Notes: generated from the letters alone by a model not told the origin. DNA of 64,000 nt from Octopus sinensis (GCF_006345805.1 NC_043010.1:7874001-7938000); one strand, 5' to 3'. Positions 24,160 to 37,225 are shown, counted from the stretch's first letter. A program made the numbers and translations.

Positions 24160-24276
24160 TCATCATCATCGTCGTCATCATCATCATCATCATCATCATC
24201 GTCGTCGTCGTCGTCATCATCGTCATCATCGTCATCATCGTCATCATCGTCATCATTGTCATCATCGTCATCATCG

Positions 24277-24325
<49 letters not shown>
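24112..24325. repeat. (CAG)/(CAT)/(CGT)n trinucleotide tract, tail of a minus-strand RTE 3' fragment
   Basis: Direct inspection; followed by tttaac...catggcatgggttggatgg. Confidence 0.9.
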
Positions 24326-24572
24326 TTAACACTCAATTTCCAACATGGCATGGGTTGGATGGTGCAGCATAAACCAATGAGTGTAAGGGTTGTGTCAAGG
24401 TCCAATATCTGCTTGTGCATGGTTTCTAGAGAAGGATGACCTTACTAACAACTTTTGTCATGCCACCAGCATTGGAGGGGTCACTAAATACCCCACAAGA
24501 CAAGAACCCTTAACTAAGTGGATCAGTGTATATGTATTTGTGTGTATGTATATGTATTTGCATATACATATG

Positions 24573-24652
<80 letters not shown>

Positions 24653-25584
24653 GAGTGTGTGTGATTGTGTATAGAAGAATATATTAATAAAAGGAATTCC
24701 AACCTTGTCTGATTTTCACGTTTTATTTACAATATTATAATGATATAAGATAATATAATATAATAAAATAAAATAAAATAATAGAATGTTAAATGTTCAT
24801 TCTGATTGAACTAGTACTTTCATGCATTAAATTATGCAATCTTCAGGTACATGTAGTAATGGTGACAGTCATGCTTCACTGTATATATATATATATATAT
24901 ATAATATATATATTTACACATATATATATATATATATTCGGGACTGCAATGAGGTTATAAGGTGTTATTCAGGCCCTCAACTATGAGTCCATTGTATCTT
25001 ATGGCAGAAACAGCCATGACTTAATCGTTTATATTTCCATACATACATAAACACACCCACACACATATATATGCTACAGAATCTCTCAAATCTAGACACC
25101 AAACTTTATTTAGATTATCTATGAAAAAATAAAAAAACTAGACAATACTAAAGTAAGCAACCTCAAAAACTATGAATCCACAAACACTTTGCACTTTACA
25201 AGAATGAAAGACAACTCAAAATAATGAGACTAAGTTATAAGAAATTCAGAATTGAGCATAACATATGTGTATTCCCATCATCAGCTGACTGAACAGATAT
25301 CACTATGGTCTCAACACCTAGACAGTCCCACTCAATATATATGTATGCATATATATATATATATATCATCATCATCATCAATATATATATATTGGGTTCA
25401 GTTCCATTGTGTGGAACATCTTGAGCATCTTGTTTGTCCACAGGTGAGTAGATTTGGGAGATGGAAATTGAAAGAATCCTGTCATATATATAGACACACA
25501 CACACATATGAGAGTTAATGATGTCCAACCCATTCCAGCATGGAAAAAGAACATTAAATGATGATGATAATGATATACACACAC

Positions 25585-25619
<35 letters not shown>

Positions 25620-25666
25620 TGTATGCATATCTGTGATATAATATGTGACAATTATTCAGTTCCCAT

Positions 25667-25726
25667 AATGAAACTCTGAGTTTCGGATGTCAGGGCAGAA
25701 ACCTGCACCGGCATCTCTTCAGTCAA
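25667..25726 (-). ncRNA. Minimal type I hammerhead (PLE-type), core intact
   Basis: ttga CUGAAGA GAUG...CAUC c GAAA CUC A GAG UU uca. Confidence 0.65.
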
Positions 25727-25866
25727 CAAGGCAATCAAAATATGCTGAAAAATTCGATATGGATGCCTACAATATCGATTATTCTATGTAAAACATACCT
25801 ATACCATCAGGGAACTATACTCTAAGAAACGTTTGGAGAAAATTGCAGGCATATTTTGATTGCCTC

Positions 25867-25927
25867 GATAACTGAAGAGATGCCAGTGCAGGTTTCCACC
25901 TCGGCATCTGAAACTCGGAGTTTTATT
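25867..25927 (+). ncRNA. Minimal type I hammerhead (PLE-type), core intact
   Basis: Stem I gauaa/uuauu; CUGAAGA 25872-25878; stem II GAUGCC/GGCAUC; GAAA 25910-25913; stem III ACUC-G-GAGU; GUU site, predicted cut after 25922. Confidence 0.75.
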
Positions 25928-26007
25928 ATGGCAACAGAATAATTGTCACATATTATATTACAGATAAATTTCTCTATTTACAAAATATCAAGGTCTTACT
26001 ATTACTA

Positions 26008-26073
<66 letters not shown>

Positions 26074-26195
26074 ATATAATATATATATATATTGGTAAAA
26101 ACGATAAGATAACAAAAGAAAGAAAGAGACCTCAATATTATGTAATAGAGGAAATTTATCTGTAAATATAATATGTGACAATTATTCAATAGCCA

Positions 26196-26257
26196 AGATA
26201 AAACCCTGAGTTTCGGATGCCGAGGTGGAAATCCACAACACCATCTCTTCGGTTATC
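26196..26257 (-). ncRNA. Type I hammerhead variant (U4 to C)
   Basis: agauaa CCGAAGA GAUG...CAUC c GAAA CUC A GGG UU uuaucu. Confidence 0.55.
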
Positions 26258-26343
26258 TGGCCATCTGAAGAACGCTATGAAAAAAGACCGTTATACAAAG
26301 GGAAATTACTGTGTTATATTTCCGTTACTTATATAAATTAAGG

Positions 26344-26397
<54 letters not shown>

Positions 26398-27231
26398 TTT
26401 TATATATGTATGCATGTATATATGTATATCTATGACTGATCCAAGTCAACTCAAAGCACAAAAATAACTTAAAACAATGACTGTGCCAACGAGTCCAAAG
26501 TTATCAATCATATTCCATCGTAATTAATACAGGTACCTGAACAATGCCAAGTTGCAATGACAGTGTAGTGTATCTTGGTATAGTTCTGCCGATAGACTCA
26601 TTAAAATGTTCCAGAGATTAAAAAAGAGCCAAAAAAAAAAGCACTATCAAATACAAAGCATTTGCTATCGATAGAAAAATATTGTTCTTTTCCTCTGGCT
26701 GTTATTGCTTAGCTCCAGATCAGCTCTGATATAGCAAACCTATAATCAAAGCATTCCAGCTGTGACCCTCCTAGCTAATTTGGAATATGTAATAGTAAAA
26801 TTGGTGTTTAACCAAAAGATTTTAATTAATTAAAACTACACCACTGCATTCTGTATTTAATTAATTTTAATTAATTAACATTTCAAGATGGCCTTCCTAC
26901 CTTTTTTCCGTGTTTTTTTTTTAAACCATAATTGGATATTTTGAAAATGATTATTTTCATCACTGAGATGTAATTATCATTAAATTCAAATTTCTCTTCT
27001 CACTACATAAATTAAGCTAACACTCTTTTACTGTTGTATTATTTCTGGTCATTAATTTATCATTTAACTCCATGCATGATAATTTTTTTCCACCCACAAA
27101 ATCCAAGATTAAATATAAGGGTGTGTATACAGCTGCAATATCTTTCCCCACCCACCTTTATTGTCAAAAAATAATAATAAAGTAAAATAAAATAAAATAA
27201 TACAATAAAGCATAATTTTTTTTATATACAT

Positions 27232-27650
27232 ATTCTTTTATTCTTTTACGTGTTTCAGTCATTTGGCTGAAGCCATGCTGGAGCACCATCTTAAAGGGTT
27301 TTAGTCAAAGAAATCGACCCCAGGACTTGTTCTTTGTAAGCCTAGTAATTATTCTATCGGTTTCCTTTGCTGAACTGCTAAGTTATGGGGACATAAATAC
27401 CCCAGCATCAGTTGTCAAGCAATTGAAGGGGGACAAACACAGACACAAAGACACACATATAAATACATACATATATATTTTTTTTGACAGGCTTCTTTCA
27501 GTTTCCATCCACTAAATCCACACACAAAGCTTTGGTAGGCACAATACTGTAGTAGAAGAGACTAGACCAAGGTGACATGCAGTGGGACTGAACCCAGAAC
27601 TATGTGGTTGAGAAGCGCGCTTCTTACCAAACAGCCATGCCTGTACCTAT
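27232..27650 (-). mobile_element. Diverged SINE family A
   Basis: ttcttttattcttttacgtgtttcagtc...cagccatgcct. Confidence 0.8.
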
Positions 27651-28797
27651 TTATCAATTTTATTTTATACTAGCAAAGCACCCTGGTTTTGCCTGGGAGT
27701 TAGGACCTATAGCCAAATTGTTCTATTTGTTCCTGTCTTATGGGCAGAATCAGCACATGAGCAGTATGAAGCAAACAGCTTTTCTTTATAAACGTATTTT
27801 TTGGACATTTTCTGACGAACAGTGCTGCAGTTTCTGTCAACTAAATTCAGTCACAAGTCTGTGGTTGGCCTAGGGCTATAGTAGAAAACACTTGCCAAGA
27901 TACAGTGCAGAGGGACTGAATGTGGAAGCAAACTTCTCAACCACACAGTCATTCTTGCACCTAATATGCGTGTGTGTGTTTGCATTTGTCATTAAATAGA
28001 GTATTGTGTGCAGCAGTGTTGCCTCCCTAAGCTAAAAACCTAAAAATTGTGCAACCCAACCTTGTTTTTGAGATTATTTTCGTAGTGAAAAAGGGCTGTG
28101 CAAAAAACATACTTTATTTGGTAGCCAAAAGATTACTAAATCTTTTGATACTGCATATGCCAAAATCAGCAATTCAGTTTTCGAATCCATAAGGAACATA
28201 TGCACACAGACACACACACACACACACACAAAATCTGTTTTATATATCAATATAAAATGAAATATTGGTTTCAAATTTTGGCAGAAGGCCAGGGATTTCA
28301 GAGGCGGGGTAAGTTGGGTACATCAACTCCAATGTTCAAATGCTACCTATTTTATCAATCCTGAAAGGATGAAGAGCAAAGTCGACCACAACTGTATTTG
28401 AACTCAGAACACAGTATATAAAATGAAAGATTAAAATCTAATATATCAGATTATAGTAGATTATCTACTCTTATAGCAGTTGATTGACACTGTTGACTTT
28501 CATCATTTTTAACATCCATTTCTCCATGCTTGCATAGGTTGGATGGAGTTTAATAATGTAGATTTTCTTCAACTTGATGCCATATCTGTCTTCAACCCTC
28601 ACCTGTTTCCAAGCAGGGTTACATTTCGTCATAGTTAGACATGATCTTACAGAATATTGAAAATAAATGTCATTGCTAGTATGACAGTATGTGTGTGTGT
28701 GTGTCTTTATGTCTGTATTTGTCCCCTATCACTGTTTGACAACTGGTGTTGGTGTGTTTACATCCTCTTAACTATCATATATATATGTATATATGTG

Positions 28798-28829
<32 letters not shown>

Positions 28830-28836
<7 letters not shown>

Positions 28837-29010
28837 CATAATTAGGGAGAATTTATGAAAAAAACAAAAGACGAAGACAGGTGGTGTACAAAACAAACAG
28901 ATGTATTAGTATAACGCTCAGGAATAGAAAAAGTCTTTAACATTTCAAGCCTATGCTCTTCTACAGAAAGGAACACAGAAAAAAACAAGGAGAGAAAAAA
29001 CTGTGTGTAG
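28830..29010 (-). mobile_element. Penelope-like terminus with A6-variant hammerhead (28935-28970); duplicated at 30123-30303
   Basis: cttt CTGTAGA a GAGC atag GCTT GAAA TG TT aaag; homologous to 47320-47485. Confidence 0.55.
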
Positions 29011-31380
29011 TGGCTAACGATCTATCATGGCAACTCAAATTACAGGATGGAGTGATGGGGATGAAACACAGACCCCTACTGAGGATGGAGCGCTCTGCCA
29101 CAGAGAGGGGAAGATGTGTGCACGTGTGTGTGTGTGTGTCTTTGTGTCTGTGTTTGTTCCCCATCACTGCTTGACAAGTGGTGTTGGTGTGTTGGTGTGT
29201 TTACATCATCGTAACTTATCGGTTTGGCAAAACAGACCGACAGAATAAGTACCAGGCTTGAAAAATAAGTGCAGGGGTCGATTTGTTGACTGAACTTTAC
29301 AAGGCGGTGCTCCAGCATGGCCGCAGTCAAAGGACTGAAACAAGTAAAAGAATAAAGGAATGCATAGAAAACATATGCTCACAAGCGTATATATGGCCAC
29401 CTTGAAATGTTTCACATCATGGTTACATATCAGTTCTTGTATAGAATCTATACAAGAAAACGCATACAATTACATACACTTACAAACAAACACATACACA
29501 TACACACACACTCGTACACGATATATAATAGGCAACTGGAAGCGCATAGGAATTCACACGACACTGAAAGAGAGTTAGCACATGATGTATAAAGTGGTGG
29601 AAGCAAAGGGAAAGGACAACGGTGGAAGTGGGCGGTTTGCAGTCATGAATCGTTGACCTGAGAACATTTACCTGACAAAGGAAATAGCATAGAAATGAGA
29701 TTTATTCAAAAACAGTGCAGCATTGATGGCATCGAGAAAGTTCACCTCAATCCCGTTCCTATCGCACCTTCGTGGTAATAATTGTGATCAGGTGTGAGAG
29801 CGTATGTGACCGTATGTGTGTGTGTGTGTGCATATGTGCATGTGGTTTATGTATGTATGTATATATATCTATATGTGTATATATATGTATATGCGTATAC
29901 ATATATATATGTATATATATATATACAGAAATAATATATGTGTGTGTGTGTATGCATTATGTATGTATATGTAAGTTTATAATATATACATGTATATATA
30001 TATGTATGTATGTACATACAGTATTCATACATATAAAAATATAAATATATATGTGTGTATCTGTTTATACATAATATATACAGATATATATATATATATA
30101 TATATAATATATATATATATATATTATATACATAATTAGGGAGAATTTATGAAAAAAACAAAAGACGAAGACAGGTGGTGTACAAAACAACAGATGTATT
30201 AGTATAACGCTCAGGAATAGAAAAAGTCTTTAACATTTCAAGCCTATGCTCTTCTACAGAAAGGAACACAGAAAAAAACAAGGAGAGAAAAAACTGTGTG
30301 TAGTGGCTAACGATCTATCATGGCAACTCAAATTACAGGATGGAGTGATGGGGATGAAACACAGACCCCTACTGAGGATGGAGCGCTCTGCCACAGAGAG
30401 GGGAAGATGTGTGCACGTGTGTGTGTGTGTGTCTTTGTGTCTGTGTTTGTTCCCCATCACTGCTTGACAAGTGGTGTTGGTGTGTTGGTGTGTTTACATC
30501 ATCGTAACTTATCGGTTTGGCAAAACAGACCGACAGAATAAGTACCAGGCTTGAAAAATAAGTGCAGGGGTCGATTTGTTTGACTGAACTTTACAAGGCG
30601 GTGCTCCAGCATGGCCGCAGTCAAAGGACTGAAACAAGTAAAAGAATAAAGGAATGCATAGAAAACATATGCTCACAAGCGTATATATGGCCACCTTGAA
30701 ATGTTTCACATCATGGTTACATATCAGTTCTTGTATAGAATCTATACAAGAAAACGCATACAATTACATACACTTACAAACAAACACATACACATACACA
30801 CACACTCGTACACGATATATATAGGCAACTGGAAGCGCATAGGAATTCACACGACACTGAAAGAGAGTTAGCACATGATGTATAAAGTGGTGGAAGCAAA
30901 GGGAAAGGACAACGGTGGAAGTGGGCGGTTTGCAGTCATGAATCGTTGACCTGAGAACATTTACCTGACAAAGGAAATAGCATAGAAATGAGATTTATTC
31001 AAAAACAGTGCAGCATTGATGGCATCGAGAAAGTTCACCTCAATCCCGTTCCTATCGCACCTTCGTGGTAATAATTGTGATCAGGTGTGAGAGCGTATGT
31101 GACCGTATGTGTGTGTGTGTGTGTGGCATATGTGCATGTGGTTTATGTATGTATGTATATATATCTATATGTGTATATATATGTATATGCGTATACATAT
31201 ATATATGTATATATATATATACAGAAATAAATATATGTGTGTGTGTGTATGCATTATGTATGTATATGTAAGTTTATATATATATACATGTATATATATA
31301 TGTATGTATGTACATACAGTATTCATACATATAAAAATATAAATATATATGTGTGTATCTGTTTATACATAAATATATAC

Positions 31381-31410
<30 letters not shown>
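28830..31410. repeat. Near-identical 1293-bp tandem duplication (about 28830-30122 and 30123-31410)
   Basis: Identical ORFs offset by 1293 (28953/30246, 29027/30320); differences seen are single-base indels. Confidence 0.95.
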
Positions 31411-31435
<25 letters not shown>

Positions 31436-31472
31436 GATATAGATATAGATAGATAGATTGATAGATAGATAT

Positions 31473-31510
<38 letters not shown>

Positions 31511-32089
31511 GATAGATAGATAGATATAGATATAATATATACATATACATATATATATGTTTATATTTGTGTGTATGTTTGTATATAGCTAGCTAGCTAT
31601 CTTGATAGACAGACAGACAGACAGACAGACAGATAGATATGCTACATAATAGAATTCTCCTACAGTGTGTGTTTCATTTTATGTGAAATAAGCAAGATAC
31701 AAGAATTACAGTTTAATTCAATTTTCACCACTGCAACCATTTTCAATTCTGACACGTGTGTTTTATAACACAATTCGTCTTTTAAAAGAAAATAACTATA
31801 AATTACATACATATTTTTAATCTAAAAATTTAGAGTGTGCAATTTTTTGCATGTCATAACCAGGAAATTATTTAATTTCATTAGGACCCTAAGATCAATT
31901 TTCTAAGTTCTGTAGGCTTTGCAGAAGTTTTATCTGCATCAGTCATTTGCTTATGTGTCAATGATGTGTAGATCTATGTCTATGTGTCATTAAGTAATTT
32001 TTGTAAGGTTCTGTGTTAAAACAATGTGACAATGACTTCTTGTTTAAATAAAGTAAATGCTTTACACATATTTTTTATTGTAGAAAATA

Positions 32090-32510
32090 ATAGATATGCC
32101 ATAATATACACCTGGAAGATCCTGGAAGGACTTGTCCCAAACTTTGGCCTCGAGAGTTACACAAATACTAGAACTGGGCGCCACTGCATAGTACCAAGGA
32201 CTCCAAATTTGCCATTAAGATGGGCTTCAGAGGTCCACAACTCTTCAATATCCTCCCAAAAGACCTGAGAGACCTGCATGTAGGTGTCTTCAAAATAAAG
32301 CTGGACCTCTTCCTGTCAGGTGTCCCAGATGAACCAACTTCACGGCAGGAGGTGCAGATGAGGGCAGCTGCATCAAACTCTCTCATGCACCAAATGTCAA
32401 TTGCTAAAAAGCATTCGTGAAGTAAAATTATGTAGCAACACCAAATGGCGGTGCCCCAGCATGGCCACAGCTTGTGAGCTGAAACTAGATGAAATAAAAA
32501 AATAAATAAA
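32090..32510 (+). pseudogene. CR1/L2-group LINE 3' end, second family, with internal deletion and frameshift
   Basis: RYAIIYTWKILEGLVPN...GPQLFNILPKDLR...FKIKLDLFLSGVPDEP...RAAASNSL; tail ggcggtgccccagcatggccacag. Confidence 0.8.
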
Positions 32511-33294
32511 TAGTCGAAAGCCAATGTTCAACTATTTAATAGCATTTTTTTTCTTCTTCAGTTTGCTTCAGTCATTTGGGTTACAGCCATGCTGGGGCAC
32601 TTCTAGAGCACTGCTGGGGAAATGCTGGGGCACTGTTGGGGAATTGTTGGGGCACTGCCTAGAAAGGTTTTAGTCAAACAAATTGACCCTAATATTTATT
32701 TTATTTCTTTCAAGTCTTTTAATTATTATGTCTGACAATTTTTGCTGTATTACTAAGTTACAGGGATGTAAATAAACTAGCACTGGTTGTCAAGCACAGG
32801 CGGGGCACAAACAGCATGCCAGCATGCCACACAGCAAGACTGAACTCAGAACTGAATCATTGGGAAGACAACTCCCAACTCCTTTTTTCTAATATGTCTC
32901 AAGTCAGTAGGCAAGACAACAAATCCTTTTTTGGTTGGGGGTGAGTTTGTAAGAGGTTGAGTTTAAAAATGTCAAGTGGATGCTATGGGAATGCTGGGTG
33001 TTGAATGGTGGGAACGGGGCTGTTAATGTAATTTCTCAGAAATATAGAAATAAAATATTTAAACCAGGTGCAATAATTATATTTTAAACCTATTAAAAAA
33101 GGAAGAGGGGAAAACCTTGTTGGGATTAGAATATGAATAGAAATATAACATTGTGTTATCGGTGAGGTAGCAGCATGATTGATGATGTGCCAAGGTCCAA
33201 TATTATTATTTTATTTTGCATGTATTTGTCTTCTTTTGTGATTTCCATAAATATTTGACATAGGAAGCATAAGTCCTTGGAAATATCTAAACAT

Positions 33295-33708
33295 GGAGAC
33301 AGGAGTGGCTGTGTGGTAAGTAGCTTGCTAACCAACCACATGGTTCCGGGTTCAGTCCCACTGCGTGGCACCTTGGGCAAGTGTCTTCTGCTATAGCCCC
33401 GGGCCGACCAATGCCTTGTGAGTGGATTTGGTAGACGAAAACTGAAAGAAGCCCGTCGTATATATGTATATATATATATATATGTATGTATGTGTGTATA
33501 TGTTTGTGTGTCTGTGTTTGTCCCACTAGCATTGCTTGACAACCGATGCTGGTGTGTTTACGTCCCCTGTCACTTAGCGGTTCAGCAAAAGAGACCAATA
33601 GAATAAGTACTGGGCTTACAAAGAATAAGTCCCGGGGTCGATTTGCTCAACTAAAAAGGCGGTGCTCCAGCATGGCCACAGTCAAATGACTGAAACAAGT
33701 AAAAGAGT
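33295..33708 (+). mobile_element. SINE family A, full length
   Basis: Matches 4201-4616. Confidence 0.9.
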
Positions 33709-33875
33709 ATGGAGACAGGACATTTATAAAACATAAGTAGGAGGTATTTTTTTAAAATATTTTATGAAAGGGGAACTGAACTACAAAAGGTCGAAGACTA
33801 CTATTGTCTAAATCAGTGGTTCTCGACCATTTGTTTTACCTATGGACCATTTTGGTTATCATTTCATTCTAGTGT

Positions 33876-34190
33876 GGAGGTGCAATGGCCCAGTGGTTAG
33901 GGCAGCGGACTCGTGGTCGGAGGATCATGGTTTCGATTCCCAGATCAGGCATTGTGTGTGTTTATTGAGCAAAAACACCTAAAGTTCCATGAGGCTCTGG
34001 CAGGGGATGGTAGCGACCCCATTGTACTCTTTCACCACAACTTTCTCTCACTCTTTCTTCCTGTTTCTTGAGTAACGCTGCGATGGACTGGCGTCCCGTC
34101 CAGCTTGGGGGGAGCACATATGCCACAGAAAGCGGGAAACTGGGCCCTTGAGCCTGACTAGGCTTGAAAAGGGCGCATAAATAAATAATA
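33876..34190 (+). mobile_element. SINE family C with tail type 3
   Basis: 14-bp target-site duplication atttcattctagtg at 33861-33874 and 34191-34204. Confidence 0.85.
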
Positions 34191-34460
34191 ATTTCATTCT
34201 AGTGGACCCCCAGCCCCACTCCTGTAACAATTTGATATTTTAAAACTAGTTTTATAAATACTTCTTTCAAAATTCCTATTTTGTTATTCACACATTAACT
34301 TGTAATGGTTGAAGTATGTAAATTTGAGAGAGTAAGAAACCTGTTGCTTGCAATAGACATTTAAGTCAAAACTTTACATGGACACTTAAAATACTACCGT
34401 GGATCCTTAATTTACTATTTTATTTGCATAGACCCCCCAAGAGTCTTACATGGGCTCCTA

Positions 34461-34905
34461 TTGAACTCAGAACGTAGCGGCAGACGAAATACCTATTTCT
34501 TTACTATCCACAAGGGGCTAAACACAGAGAGGACAAACAAGGACAGACAAACGTATGAAGTCAATTATATCGACCCCAGTGCGTAACTGGTACTTATTTA
34601 ATCGACCCCGAAAGGATGAAAGCAGAGTCGACCTCAGCGGAATTTGAACTCAGAACATAGCGGCAGACGAAATACCTATTTCTTTACTACCCACAAGGGG
34701 CTAAACACAGAGAGGACAAACAAGGACAGACAAACGTATGAAGTCAATTATATCGACCCCAGTGCGTAACTGGTACTTATTTAATCGACCCCGAAAGGAT
34801 GAAAGACAAAGTCGACCTCAGCGGAATTTGAACTCAGAACGTAACTGCAGACGAAATACCGCTAAGCATTTGGCCTGGTGTGCTAAAGTTTCTGCCAGCT
34901 CTCCG
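34461..34905 (-). mobile_element. SINE family B multimer (head, two full bodies and a partial one)
   Basis: Junction gacgaaatacctatttctttact repeated at ~34483 and ~34666. Confidence 0.9.
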
Positions 34906-35072
34906 CACAGTTTCTATCGATCAAATTCGCTCACAAGGCATTGGTCATCTCACAGCTATAATAGAAGATAGTTGCCCAAAGTGCTGCCCAATGGGGACTG
35001 AATCCCAAACTACAAGGCTACAAAACAAGCTTCTTAACCATACAACCACTTCTGTATATATGAGTTATATAT

Positions 35073-35305
35073 GAAGGCGGCGAGCTGGCAGAAACATTAG
35101 CACCCCGGGCGAAATGCGTAGCCGTATTTCGTCTGCCGCTACGTTCTGAGTTCAAATTCCACCGAGGTCGACTTTGCCTTTCATCCTTTCGGGGTCGATA
35201 AATTAAGTACCAGTTACACACTGGTGTCGATGTAATCGACTGAATCCCTTTGTCTGTCCTTGTTTGTCCTCTCTGTGTTTAACCCCTTGTGGGTAGTAAA
35301 GAAAT
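35073..35305 (+). mobile_element. SINE family B monomer
   Basis: gaaggcggcgagctggcagaaac...gtgggtagtaaagaaata. Confidence 0.9.
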
Positions 35306-35749
35306 ATGTATATATGAATTAGTTTTTAAAATTCGATCATCGTTCACTGCAATTCCTATTCTGATGTTTGCTCTTAGCAGGAAACACCAAAAAAATTTCT
35401 GTTGCTGGTCTGTGTCAGACATTAATAGTCCAGCCTATCTGCTGGTAGATGATAAGCTGCAAAGTTGTTCAGTTATTTTCTAGTGATATGACAACATAGA
35501 GCAATAATGTTAGTTTATCCAGTAAAAAATTTATTGGTAATATTTTTGTTGTTAGAATTGGTAAAATCCATTTGGTGTAATTGGTAGCAGTGTCGTTCAT
35601 CAAATGGTGTTCTTTTATTGTTTTATTAGTTTTTAGGCTTTGAACCATTATCTATGCTGGAGCATCAACATTTTGAAGTTGATCATATCAAACCTTATAA
35701 TATCAATCACAATTTATTGAAAATGTAAGTTACCTTTTGACATAAAGGG

Positions 35750-36245
35750 ATGCGAGTCATGCATGCGTACACACACACACACACACTGAGGTACACACAC
35801 ACACACACACACACCCACAGGTACACACACATGGACATGGACACTCACACACACATAGACACACACTTATGCACAGACACACACATGGACACAGACACAC
35901 AAACACACACACACATGGACATGGATATGGACATGGACACTCACACACACATATGCACAGACACACACATGGACACACACACACAGGTACACACACACAG
36001 AGAAACACATACACGGACATGGATATGGACATGGACACTCACACACACACACACACACGCATACATTCACACACACACACGCATACAATCACACCACACA
36101 ACGCACAACACAACACACACAGACACACACATATGCACACACACACACACATATGCACAGACACACACACGAACACACACATGGACACAGACAGAGACAC
36201 ACATAGCCACTCACACACACATGCACATACACACACACACACATT
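35750..36245. repeat. (CA)n-derived complex minisatellite with atggac units
   Basis: Repeated acacacacatggacatggatatggac blocks. Confidence 0.85.
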
Positions 36246-36539
36246 AGTCTCTCTTGAGCCTAGAGGCTGGCTTGTTAGGCAACATGCTATCCTGGTATCC
36301 ATGGCATTTAAGTGGCTGAGAGTACAAAACTCTCTATTGAACAGAAAGCCAGTTTGTCACACAGGGTTAATACTCTCAAAGCTGTTGCTGAAATGGATTT
36401 TCAGCTAAGTTTACTTAAGTAACATGAAGTGAAGTGTCCTGCTCAAGGACTCAACACAATGCCTAGTCTGACAGCCAGACTCATTATCACATGACTGTGA
36501 GACTAACACATAAATGCTAAGCCACACACTTTCACACAT

Positions 36540-37225
36540 GTACGTACGTACATACATACATACATACATACATCACACACACAGCACTATCTACAATCTT
36601 GAATCTGTGAATTCTGCAATCTTAATTATCGGTTTCTCATTTGTCATTGATGCTAGAATTTTAACCTGGAATAACATTGCATGTTACCAAAGTATACAAA
36701 ATCTTGCCACTGTTACAGAGTAGTGGTAACGTTGAGCATCGATGCGCTTTCAGAATACCTTGCAATATCCATTTCCCTTAGGTGGAATGGATCATATTAC
36801 GCTTATGTGACCTGACATATGCCAAATCACAGTGCTGGGAAGCAAATTGTAACTGGTTGATCATCGGTAACCACTGAGCTGCAGGTTTTATGTCGGAGTT
36901 ATCCCAGTTACCTGAGTTACCTTCTCCTAGAAGGATATACATACATACATACATACATACATACATACATTACACACACAGCACTATCAACAATCATGAA
37001 TTAGTTAATCACTTTAATCAATCTAATGTAGTTATCGTGCAATGCCTGTGCAAAAAGATTTTTTTTAAAGTGAGGAAAGGCTGTGCACTGAGTCAATCCC
37101 ACTCACTAAGCAACAGCAGCCATAATCCGAAAAGAAGAACAAGTCAACATCATCGGTAACCACTGAGCCGCAGGTTTTATGTCGGAGTTATCCCAGTTAC
37201 CTGAGTTACCTTCTCCTAGAAGGAC
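36540..37225. repeat. Two tandem cassettes: (CATA)n, 30-bp left module, unrelated filler, 75-bp right module
   Basis: Right modules 36861-36935 and 37150-37224 differ at 1 base; left modules 36575-36604 and 36972-37001 differ at 2; fillers not alignable by eye. Confidence 0.85.

Noticed and set aside
24978-25020. Possible further hammerhead (CTATGA GTCCAT...ATGGCA GAAACAG)
   Set aside because: Core lacks G5 and there is no NUH site or stem I; listed only as a weak candidate.
36540-37225. CRISPR-like repeat-spacer array
   Set aside because: Eukaryotic context, only two units, repeats and spacers far too long, no cas genes; kept as a mobile-element finding instead.
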